Shown here: positions 56,072-64,000 of the stretch, in pieces
Layout: every line of letters begins with the position of its first letter
Numbering within the stretch: the stretch's first letter is position 1
NCBI GenBank assembly: GCA_050952645.1
Contig: JBMNLI010000010.1
Coordinates: forward strand, 256,001-320,000
Reading direction: 5' to 3'
Origin: Bdellovibrionota bacterium
GTDB taxonomy: Bacteria > Bdellovibrionota_C > UBA2361 > CAKMMH01
Length of the DNA: 64,000 nucleotides
Notes under the pieces: model-generated
What the model was told of the DNA's origin: nothing
What the model saw: the letters and a program-made list of their open reading frames with translations, nothing else
Database searches by the model: none
Program-made: the position numbers and the translations under genes

Positions 56072-57388
56072 CTACTCCTCCATATCCCCCACAATCTTAC
56101 TAAGCATATCAAACGCCTCTTCTTTAGTGCATTTAACATTAGCTTTCTGCTTTAAAAATTTATTTATATCATCATTTAAAGATACCGCCCTATCTACCTT
56201 TATATTTTGTCCTTCCTTATAGGCACCTATGGTAATTAAGTCTTCATTATCTCTATAAGTAGCTACAAGGTCTCTAAGCATACTCGCATTTTGCACTACC
56301 TCATCTCGCACCACATCTGGCATCACCCTAGAAACGCTCTGCAAAATATCTATCGCTGGAAAATGCCCCCTACCCGCTAATTTTCTATCTAACACTATAT
56401 GCCCATCTAAAATACCTCTAGTAGCATCGGCGATAGGCTCATTCATATCATCTCCCTCAACTAAAACGGTATAAAGCCCTGTAATCGAACCCTCTTTATC
56501 ACAAGTTCCAGCTCTTTCTAAAAGCTTTGGAAGCATCGCAAATACTGACGGCGTATACCCCTTAGTGCTTGGTGGCTCTCCTGAGGCAAGTCCTATTTCC
56601 CTTTGAGCCATCGCTAAACGAGTGACTGAGTCCATCATTAAAACCACCTTTTTTCCTTGCTCCCTAAAATACTCTGCAATACTCGTAGCTAAAAACGCAG
56701 CTCTAATTCTTAAAATCGCAGACTTATCTCCCGTTGCTATCACCACCACCGAACGCTCTAAGCCCTCCTTTCCTAAATCTTTTTCTATAAACTCTCTTAC
56801 CTCTCTTCCACGCTCACCGATAAGAGCAATAACATTCACATCACTTTCAGAGTGCCTAGCTATCATACCTAATAGAGTAGACTTTCCTACACCTGAACCA
56901 GCCATAATACCTATACGTTGCCCTTGCCCTATCGACAAAAGCCCGTTTATAGCTCGCACTCCAGTATCAAAACAATCCCTTATCCTACTTCTCGTAACTG
57001 GATTAGGAGGAGCATTGTATAAAGAAACTTTCTCGCCAGTTAAAATCGCCTCCTTTTCATCCATAGGATTTCCTAAGCCATCTATTACTCGGCCTATTAA
57101 TTTATCAGATACCAAAACGCCATTTAAAGAGTCTTTTGATATGACTTTAGTTCCTAATGTAATGCCCTCTACTAAATCGTAAGGCATTATTAAAATATTA
57201 CTATTTTTAAATCCTACGACTTGCGCTAAACACTCTTTGCCTTGCGCTAAGATCGCAACGTGCGAACCTACGGGAACCTTAGGGCCGTTCGCCTCTATTA
57301 AAACTCCAGCAGAACTTACCACACTTCCTATAAGCTCAAATGGCGATATTAAATTTAGTGCTTCATTAGCCTTATTTAATAATCCCAT
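56072..57388 (-). CDS. fliI: Flagellar export ATPase FliI
   Basis: AGSGVGKST, LIGERGREV, DSVTR, LLERAG. Confidence 0.96.
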   Translation of the reverse strand: MGLLNKANEALNLISPFELIGSVVSSAGVLIEANGPKVPVGSHVAILAQGKECLAQVVGFKNSNILIMPYDLVEGITLGTKVISKDSLNGVLVSDKLIGRVIDGLGNPMDEKEAILTGEKVSLYNAPPNPVTRSRIRDCFDTGVRAINGLLSIGQGQRIGIMAGSGVGKSTLLGMIARHSESDVNVIALIGERGREVREFIEKDLGKEGLERSVVVIATGDKSAILRIRAAFLATSIAEYFREQGKKVVLMMDSVTRLAMAQREIGLASGEPPSTKGYTPSVFAMLPKLLERAGTCDKEGSITGLYTVLVEGDDMNEPIADATRGILDGHIVLDRKLAGRGHFPAIDILQSVSRVMPDVVRDEVVQNASMLRDLVATYRDNEDLITIGAYKEGQNIKVDRAVSLNDDINKFLKQKANVKCTKEEAFDMLSKIVGDMEE

Positions 57389-58169
57389 TTACTATCCTTT
57401 CAAAAGCACTATCTAAATCAAAATTAGCATCTCCTAACGAAGACTCTACTATGCAGCCTTTATTTATAGTTTCATCACTTACGAATTCAAAGCTATCCTC
57501 TACGTTAGAAAACTCTTCTTCCTTATTTATAGTTTTTAAAAATTCAAAACTTTGCTCACTTACCCTAATTTTTTTTATACTTGCGCCCTTTATGCTATCT
57601 AAAGCCGTATGAATAATTTTTAAAATATACTCAGGATTCTCTTTTATATTATTATTTAAAATTTTCTCAGAAATTTTTATACTAAGCTCTAACGCTTCTT
57701 TTTCTAAATCTTTTTTATATAAATTTATTTGCCCCCTTAAATCTTCTAATGCGATATGCACTTCTTCTTTTAACTCGTTTTCTATTTTTTCCTTTTCTTC
57801 ATTCGCTTTATTTAAAGCTTCATCGAAGCCTTTTTTGAAAAACTCATTTTGAATTTCTTCTAACTCTTCTATTTTTAATTTTACTAGTTTACTATCTTCT
57901 TCTTCATTTTTTTGTTCTTTACTATCATCGTATTTTTTAAAATCGAAAGCCTCGTTAGTAGGAAGATGAAGCCTTTTATCGCCTATGTTTTCTATTCCAC
58001 CATAATCTGCAAATACTGGGTCTACGGCGAGACTACCTTCATTAGTTATTATATCTAACGTCATTGGCACAAAACCTTTATTTGGGTTATAGTCGTTTAC
58101 TATCTCCCATGTAGTAGCTTCGTAGGGCATTTCTTTATAATTTACTTGTGAACTAAATTCTTTTTTCAT
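57372..58169 (-). CDS. fliH: Flagellar assembly protein FliH
   Basis: KGFDEA coiled region, GCIVES..G C-terminus, overlaps the fliI start. Confidence 0.85.
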   Translation of the reverse strand: MKKEFSSQVNYKEMPYEATTWEIVNDYNPNKGFVPMTLDIITNEGSLAVDPVFADYGGIENIGDKRLHLPTNEAFDFKKYDDSKEQKNEEEDSKLVKLKIEELEEIQNEFFKKGFDEALNKANEEKEKIENELKEEVHIALEDLRGQINLYKKDLEKEALELSIKISEKILNNNIKENPEYILKIIHTALDSIKGASIKKIRVSEQSFEFLKTINKEEEFSNVEDSFEFVSDETINKGCIVESSLGDANFDLDSAFERIVNGIIK

Positions 58170-58204
58170 AAATTAAAAAATTTTATAAAAAAAATTATTT
58201 AAAA

Positions 58205-59857
58205 TTATAATCTACCATCATTTAACCAATAACGAATTAGAAGTGCTGCTTGTTGTGGATTTTCTTTAACTAGTCTAGAGTTTTCAGCGAGTAAATCTTC
58301 TAGCTGGTCTAAATCGACTGCAGGTTCATACGTCGGTATTTTTACTTTAGCTTTTTCTTGCTCAAGCTCTTGCTCGAGTTCTTCAAGTCCCGATGGAAGT
58401 AATCTAGATAGATCTACCTCTGCATCGGTTGGAGTAACTAAAAATTTTATCATCGGTCTAACTACTATAAAAAAGAAAAGCAAAATAAATAAGATTGGCA
58501 CCGATTTCGTTATAGATTTAAATATAAAATCTTGATTTTCTTTTTTCTCCATTATCTCAACGAAATCATCGCTAGTCTCATAAAAAGGAATGTTTTCTAC
58601 CGTAACTACATCACCTCTATTTAAATCGTATCCTACGGCACTTTTTACTAACCCCTCTATCCTATTCATCGTTTCTTCTGGAAGTGGCACAAACTCTTTT
58701 TGTTCTGGTGTTTCCGCAGTTGCTGGAGCTATAACCTTATAAGTTCCATCTACTAACACTGCGACTGAAAGTCTTAAAAGTTTTCCTTTAGGAGATATGC
58801 TCTTGCTAATAGATTTAGAGATTTCATAGTTTTTTACATTCTCTGCTCTATTACTGCTCTCATCTCCTATGCCTTGAGGGGAAAGAAGCGCCGTGTCTCT
58901 AGTAAGATTAGAAACAACCCCCGGCACTCCTCCCCTTTGGGTAGAGCCAACCCCCTCTTCAATAGATTTTTCAGAACGCACTACACGTCCTGCTGGGTCG
59001 AAGCTTTCCTCTTCTTTTTGTGATGATGTAAAATCTAGCTCCGCAGTTACTTTAGCTACTACTTTCTCTGGCCCTATAACACGAGAAAGCATTTGCTCTA
59101 TTCTATTAGCATACGCTTTTTCTAGGCTTTGTTGATAATTTAATCTTTCAGAATCTAAATCGAACTCATCTTTAATATCATCTTGAGAGGTTAAGAGTTT
59201 TCCAGATGAATCAACTATAGTTACGTTTTCAGGCGTCAACCCCTCGACGCTTCCAGACACTAAATTTACGATACCTCTTATCTGATCTTTTGAAAGTCCA
59301 TTTCCCACATTAAGTTTCAGCATAACCGATGCAGTCGTAGGAATTTTATTTTTCATAAAAACCGTTTTTTCAGGTTGTGTAATATGAACTTTTGCAGAAG
59401 AAACGGAATCGAGTGAGCTTATAGTTCTTTCTAGCTCACCTTGAATAGCTCTAACAAACTTTAATTTTTCTACAAAGCTAGTCGTTCCAAAATTAGTATT
59501 ATCAAAAATTTCAAAACCTACTACGCCTCCCTTAGGAAGTCCATCAGATGCTAGTGCTAGCCTTAGCTCATGAACCATCTCTGGAGGACTTACCGCTATA
59601 ACATCTCCATTACCACGGATTTGGTATTTTACCTGTTTTTCTTTTAATTTTTCTACTATTGCAGCAGAGTCTACTTTTTGCAAATCTGAAAACAGCACTG
59701 CATAATCGGGAGCGCTCGCCCATTTTGACACGAATACTATTCCTACGACTGATGCTACGATTAAGACAGGAAATAAAATCTTTTGAATTAAAGGTAGCTT
59801 TAAATACCCTTCAAAAAGATGACCTAATATTGCACTTGGATCTAAAGATGTTGCCAC
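58205..59857 (-). CDS. fliF: Flagellar MS-ring protein FliF
   Basis: GFEIFD, RAIQGELERTI, ASVML, RLSVAVLVDG, RGD, LIRYWL. Confidence 0.96.
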   Translation of the reverse strand: MATSLDPSAILGHLFEGYLKLPLIQKILFPVLIVASVVGIVFVSKWASAPDYAVLFSDLQKVDSAAIVEKLKEKQVKYQIRGNGDVIAVSPPEMVHELRLALASDGLPKGGVVGFEIFDNTNFGTTSFVEKLKFVRAIQGELERTISSLDSVSSAKVHITQPEKTVFMKNKIPTTASVMLKLNVGNGLSKDQIRGIVNLVSGSVEGLTPENVTIVDSSGKLLTSQDDIKDEFDLDSERLNYQQSLEKAYANRIEQMLSRVIGPEKVVAKVTAELDFTSSQKEEESFDPAGRVVRSEKSIEEGVGSTQRGGVPGVVSNLTRDTALLSPQGIGDESSNRAENVKNYEISKSISKSISPKGKLLRLSVAVLVDGTYKVIAPATAETPEQKEFVPLPEETMNRIEGLVKSAVGYDLNRGDVVTVENIPFYETSDDFVEIMEKKENQDFIFKSITKSVPILFILLFFFIVVRPMIKFLVTPTDAEVDLSRLLPSGLEELEQELEQEKAKVKIPTYEPAVDLDQLEDLLAENSRLVKENPQQAALLIRYWLNDGRL

Positions 59858-59988
59858 TTAATATAAACTCCTTGTTTAAAATTCCTTACTTAAAATTCCT
59901 TATTTAAAATTCCTTATTTAAAATTCCTTATTTAAAATTCTTTTTCTAAAACTCTTTAGCTAAAACTCCCTAGCAAATAAAAATAAAA

Positions 59989-60336
59989 TTATATTTGCAT
60001 TCTCATTACCTCTTGATACGCCTGAACGATTCTCGTTCGGACGGTATTCATAAGTTGAAAAGCCACATCGGCTTTTTCTAATGCTATCATTGCTTCGTGA
60101 GGCGTAATATTTTCTTTCTTTAAAACTAAATCTTCGATTTTTTTATCAGCTTCTAATTGAAGTGAGTTAACGCCTTTCACAGCATCTTTTAAAAAGCTTG
60201 CAAATGATTGTCCCTCGTCATTGTCTTTATTATTATCTTTCACTTTAAATGGATTATTATTTAAATTATTTAAAGATGAGATCTTTTCCTTAGGACTAAT
60301 TGTAGAAAAACGATTATATATTTCATCTATAGACAT
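59989..60336 (-). CDS. fliE: Flagellar hook-basal body protein FliE
   Basis: HEAMIALEKA...VRTRIVQAYQEVMRMQI. Confidence 0.95.
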   Translation of the reverse strand: MSIDEIYNRFSTISPKEKISSLNNLNNNPFKVKDNNKDNDEGQSFASFLKDAVKGVNSLQLEADKKIEDLVLKKENITPHEAMIALEKADVAFQLMNTVRTRIVQAYQEVMRMQI

Positions 60337-60353
60337 TTTTAATTCCCTTTAAT

Positions 60354-60782
60354 TTACATTCTAATTGCTATTTCACGAGCTTGTCTTAACATTTCCTTTG
60401 CAGTATCGAGCGCAGTTGCGTTTGCTTGGTATAACCTAGACGCCGTCATTAAATCGGTCATCGCAGATACTACATTTATATTTGGATATGCTACGTATCC
60501 ATTTTCATCAGCATCGGGATGCCCTGGCTGATAAACCATTTTTGAAGGCCCTTGGTCTTCAACTACTGCTACCGCTACGGGTTTTGCTAAACTCATTTTA
60601 TCTAGCGATGAGCTAAAGCTTCCTTTCATCGTTTGTGCTACTTGGACTAATTGTTTAGGCTTATACGGTGTGCCATCTTCAGTCTTAGTAGTTTCAGCGT
60701 TTGCAATATTTGAAGCTAGCAAATTAACTCTAAGCCTATTAACACTTAAGCCACTCGACAAAACCTCCATACTGTTAAACAT
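60354..60782 (-). CDS. flgC: Flagellar rod protein FlgC
   Basis: NIANAETT, YQPGHPDAD..GYV.YPNIN, YQAN. Confidence 0.96.
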   Translation of the reverse strand: MFNSMEVLSSGLSVNRLRVNLLASNIANAETTKTEDGTPYKPKQLVQVAQTMKGSFSSSLDKMSLAKPVAVAVVEDQGPSKMVYQPGHPDADENGYVAYPNINVVSAMTDLMTASRLYQANATALDTAKEMLRQAREIAIRM

Positions 60783-60867
60783 ATTGTATCTCCATTTTAA
60801 AAAAAATATTTTTTATAAAATTAAAATAAAAAATTAAAAAAAAATTACGTAAATAAATTATTTAAAA

Positions 60868-61287
60868 TTACGTTTGTGCGTATCTAATTGCGTTTCTTAA
60901 AATTTGTAATTTTTTACGCACGAGTGCTGCAGAAAGGTTATAGTCTGCGGCATTACTAGCTAATTTTCCCATTTGGATATCTATATCTACATTATTACCA
61001 TCGCTTTTAGTTGCACCTGAATAATCGGGAGTTATAAAAGCGCTAGTATTACGAGAGGTATCGAGATGCCCAGCATTAGTTTTAGATATATTTTGTTTAT
61101 CCTCGTTAAATACTTTTTCTAGTTCATTTGCGAAATTAACATCTATCGATTTATATCCTGGAGTTTCAGCATTACTTATATTGCTCGTTATTGCTTGTGA
61201 GCGAAACCAATACAAGTCCATTGCCTTGCTTAATCCTCCAATGCTTTGGTCGAACAATTTATTTACATTTTTTATTTCAGTCATCAA
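60868..61287 (-). CDS. flgB: Flagellar rod protein FlgB
   Basis: NISNAETPGYK, DGNNVDID. Confidence 0.95.
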   Translation of the reverse strand: MMTEIKNVNKLFDQSIGGLSKAMDLYWFRSQAITSNISNAETPGYKSIDVNFANELEKVFNEDKQNISKTNAGHLDTSRNTSAFITPDYSGATKSDGNNVDIDIQMGKLASNAADYNLSAALVRKKLQILRNAIRYAQT

Positions 61288-61854
61288 ATAAAACCTTTTT
61301 TAAAAAAGTTCCTTTTAAAAACATTTACAAAATATTTTTTCACAAAAAAGAAACCTAGAGTTATAAATAAAGAATTTACATAAAAATACCCTTGCAATTT
61401 ATATGCTAATTATCAAAAAAAGTTTTGCATTATTTTTCAATAGGTTAGAAATTTATTTTTAAGTATTTATGACAAAATTTTGACTATATATGTTTTTTTA
61501 TAAGATAAAATTTGTAATTTTTTGTAATTAAAAGTTTTTTAAAAGAAATTATCTAGCCTAGGAATTTAGGGATTATTAGCTAGAAGAAAAGTTTAAAATA
61601 AAATAATTTTTTTAGGGCGACGTTTAGTGTGAAAAACAAGTTTTATAAATAACTTACCATATAAATAGGCAAAAAATCTATTCCATCTTTATGCATAATT
61701 ATAGTCTTTATATATATACATAATATATACATATCGACATTTCCTTAAAGTTATTATAGCCTAAAATCGACGTTTCCTTAAAGTTGTTTTTTGCTAAAAA
61801 CGACGTTTCCTTAAAGTTTTTAAAGAGCGTTTTAAGCGCCTAAGTCGGGCTTTT

Positions 61855-63267
61855 CTACTGACGGCTGTTCGTATTGCCTAACATGGACATTAAAGAATTT
61901 GAAGAACTTTGAAGCTTCGACATTAAAGACTCAAACCTTGAATACATAGCCCTTAAATTATTTTCTTCTCTTACAAGCATAGCCTCATACTTTGCAATCC
62001 TATCATTATAATCCGAAATTTGATTAGCATTATTATTAACTACTACATCTAATAAACCACTAAACCTAGTATATTGATCTATAGTCCCACCAGTCGCAGA
62101 TAACGTATCTGAAAATTTAGTAAGAAGCGAATCTATAGAACTTGGCTCCTTTGAAAATGCTTCCGAAAACTTTTCAATATCGAAATTTAAAGTGCCATCT
62201 CGAGAATTAGTAGTAATTCCAAAATCTGCAAAAATCCTAACCTGCGTCCCTTCACTTTCCTTTGTAGCTACAAGCGCTGCTTTTATCGATTGCACCGCAT
62301 TGTTATCTACCTTAGTTTTAGATAGAGGTGAAAAAATATTTTCAACATTTTCCCCCTCCTCCCTTCTTTCAACTTTATTATTATCTGATACGAATTTAAA
62401 AATATCATTTAAAACATCTACTATCTCCTGAACATTCGCCTGCGTGCTATCTAAATCATTAGAAATAGATATCGTAGCACTTCCTACGGATTGTAGAGCA
62501 AACGTAACTCCAGGGATCGTATCTGAAATAGTATTCGTATCTCTCTCAATATCCGACGCTAAGCCAGATATCGAAAATATAGCGTTTTGTGCTTGAGAAA
62601 GCGTTCCATTATCTACTAAAGCTATTATATCCGTATCAGTAGAACTAGTGCTAATATCCACAAACCCCTTAGTCTTTCCCTCATTTAAAGCTGAAAGCAT
62701 AACTGTGTAAGACGGCACCTCACTAGTTCCCACATTTACACATACTGCTTCGCAGCCTATATTTGAGGCGTTTATCTTATCTACTAAATCTGACAAAGTA
62801 GTATCGCTGTCTATCTCTAACGTATAGCTTTTTTTATTATCACCTAACCCTATCGAAATCGATATCTCTTGCACTTCCGTCGCATCAGGGGCAACCTTAT
62901 CATGCTGCGAACTATACCTAGTGCCAAAAGTAAAAAGCCCTCTCTTAGCTAAAGATGAAACTTGAATATCATAACTACCTTGATTAGAAATATTTGAAGC
63001 GATAGCACTTATAATAGTCTCATCACTAGATATCGCACCCTTTTTTATAGCACCACCAGATAAACTATTATACTTCGATAACTTATTTTTAAGATCTAAA
63101 AGCTTGTCTTTTAACGTCTGTATTGCACTAGACTCATCTTCCGTCTCTGAAATCTTATCTTGAAGCGGCTCCACTCGAAGAGCCCTTTTAGAACTAATCG
63201 CTACATCTATAAGAGCATCGGTATCTATACCAGATGCTATACCTGAAAAACTTACACTAGCTGCCAT
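61855..63267 (-). CDS. fliD: Flagellar filament cap protein FliD
   Basis: SGIASGIDT N-terminus, AQNA, TIPGVT, C-terminal coiled coil. Confidence 0.92.
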   Translation of the reverse strand: MAASVSFSGIASGIDTDALIDVAISSKRALRVEPLQDKISETEDESSAIQTLKDKLLDLKNKLSKYNSLSGGAIKKGAISSDETIISAIASNISNQGSYDIQVSSLAKRGLFTFGTRYSSQHDKVAPDATEVQEISISIGLGDNKKSYTLEIDSDTTLSDLVDKINASNIGCEAVCVNVGTSEVPSYTVMLSALNEGKTKGFVDISTSSTDTDIIALVDNGTLSQAQNAIFSISGLASDIERDTNTISDTIPGVTFALQSVGSATISISNDLDSTQANVQEIVDVLNDIFKFVSDNNKVERREEGENVENIFSPLSKTKVDNNAVQSIKAALVATKESEGTQVRIFADFGITTNSRDGTLNFDIEKFSEAFSKEPSSIDSLLTKFSDTLSATGGTIDQYTRFSGLLDVVVNNNANQISDYNDRIAKYEAMLVREENNLRAMYSRFESLMSKLQSSSNSLMSMLGNTNSRQ

Positions 63268-63311
63268 TTTTTGCCTACTTTTTAATAAAAAAACACTTTT
63301 TTTACTAAAGA

Positions 63312-63327
63312 TGCAAAATATATACCA
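63312..63327 (-). promoter_or_regulatory. Candidate sigma54 promoter for fliD
   Basis: TGGTAT-ATATT-TTGCA fits the -24 GG / -12 GC spacing, about 45 nt upstream of the fliD ATG. Confidence 0.5.
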
Positions 63328-63486
63328 AGAAAAAAATAAATTAAACTACTCACATTTTAACCCAAACTTTCCCCCACACTACGAAACCTAAGAAAGGACT
63401 AATGGCACTAACACTATGGGAGCTTCTAACAAAGTGGCATTAACAATCACAGCATTAACATCACAGAATTAACATCAAGGGGGGCA

Positions 63487-63834
63487 TTAACGCTTTGATA
63501 AAATTTTGCTATGAAGCTTTAATAAACTTTTATACATTTCTTGAACTGTAGAAAACTCTTTAGTTTCTTTCCCAATTATATCTGGGTGTATTTGCTTAAT
63601 CTTTTTTCTATATGCAGACTTTATTTTCTTTATATCGTAAACATTTTCAGATAAATCAAAATATTTTAAAATTCTTTGATACTCTTTTATCTCGTTAGTT
63701 AAATCTACTTTTTTTTCACCATTGCTTTTTTCACTCACTTTTTCATTAGCACTCGGCCTTTTAACATCTCCCTTGCTCGCCTTTAACATCGATATATATA
63801 TAAAGACAAATGCCGTAGCAACAGCAAAAAACAT
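63487..63834 (-). CDS. Membrane-anchored DnaJ-domain protein
   Basis: N-terminal TM; IKSAYRKKIKQIHPD J-domain motif. Confidence 0.8.
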   Translation of the reverse strand: MFFAVATAFVFIYISMLKASKGDVKRPSANEKVSEKSNGEKKVDLTNEIKEYQRILKYFDLSENVYDIKKIKSAYRKKIKQIHPDIIGKETKEFSTVQEMYKSLLKLHSKILSKR

Positions 63835-64000
63835 CCATAAATATCTTTTACAAAATAAAAAAAGACCTCTGAAACTTATTAAATACGAAAACTTATTGTT
63901 TACAGTCGATAAAATTTGATTTGATAACCCCTTATTATTAAGGCTCAGCGCCTCAAAAGCTAGAGAGATTTTTAAACTATCATTTTTAATACTAGCATTA

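Noticed and set aside
56072..59857. Non-flagellar injectisome
   Set aside because: FlgB, FlgC, FliE, FliD and full-length FliF are flagellum-specific
61734..61817. Mini-CRISPR
   Set aside because: The period is only 33 bp with about 15-nt variable parts, too short for spacers

Overview
Chromosomal window from a very AT-rich, flagellated diderm bacterium. The flagellar gene order, trypsin-like lipoprotein, RCC1 and Pro/Thr-rich surface proteins and class III pilin resemble deltaproteobacteria or Bdellovibrionota (inference only). Host genes include clpX, trmB, an ADP-forming acyl-CoA synthetase, cmk, a 2[4Fe-4S] ferredoxin missed by the ORF track, fadL, several glycosyltransferases, four tRNAs, a Y-family polymerase, a 1904-aa TamB-Omp85 fusion, and a flgBC-fliEF-fliHIJ operon lacking fliG. 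The main accessory feature is a ~12.4 kb, less AT-rich, Firmicutes-style integrated element (23740-36128). It is bounded by imperfect inverted arms flanked by a shared TT. It encodes a large serine recombinase, TnpW, a lone HK97-fold capsid protein, a cos-like site, an iteron origin, a P4-type primase-helicase, an Xre regulator and a type IC restriction-modification system, which fits a candidate phage satellite. Intergenic DNA holds a dispersed REP/MITE-like family, many short tandem duplications, and IS30, IS5 and Fic remnants. Several genes carry single-base frameshifts, probably sequencing errors.
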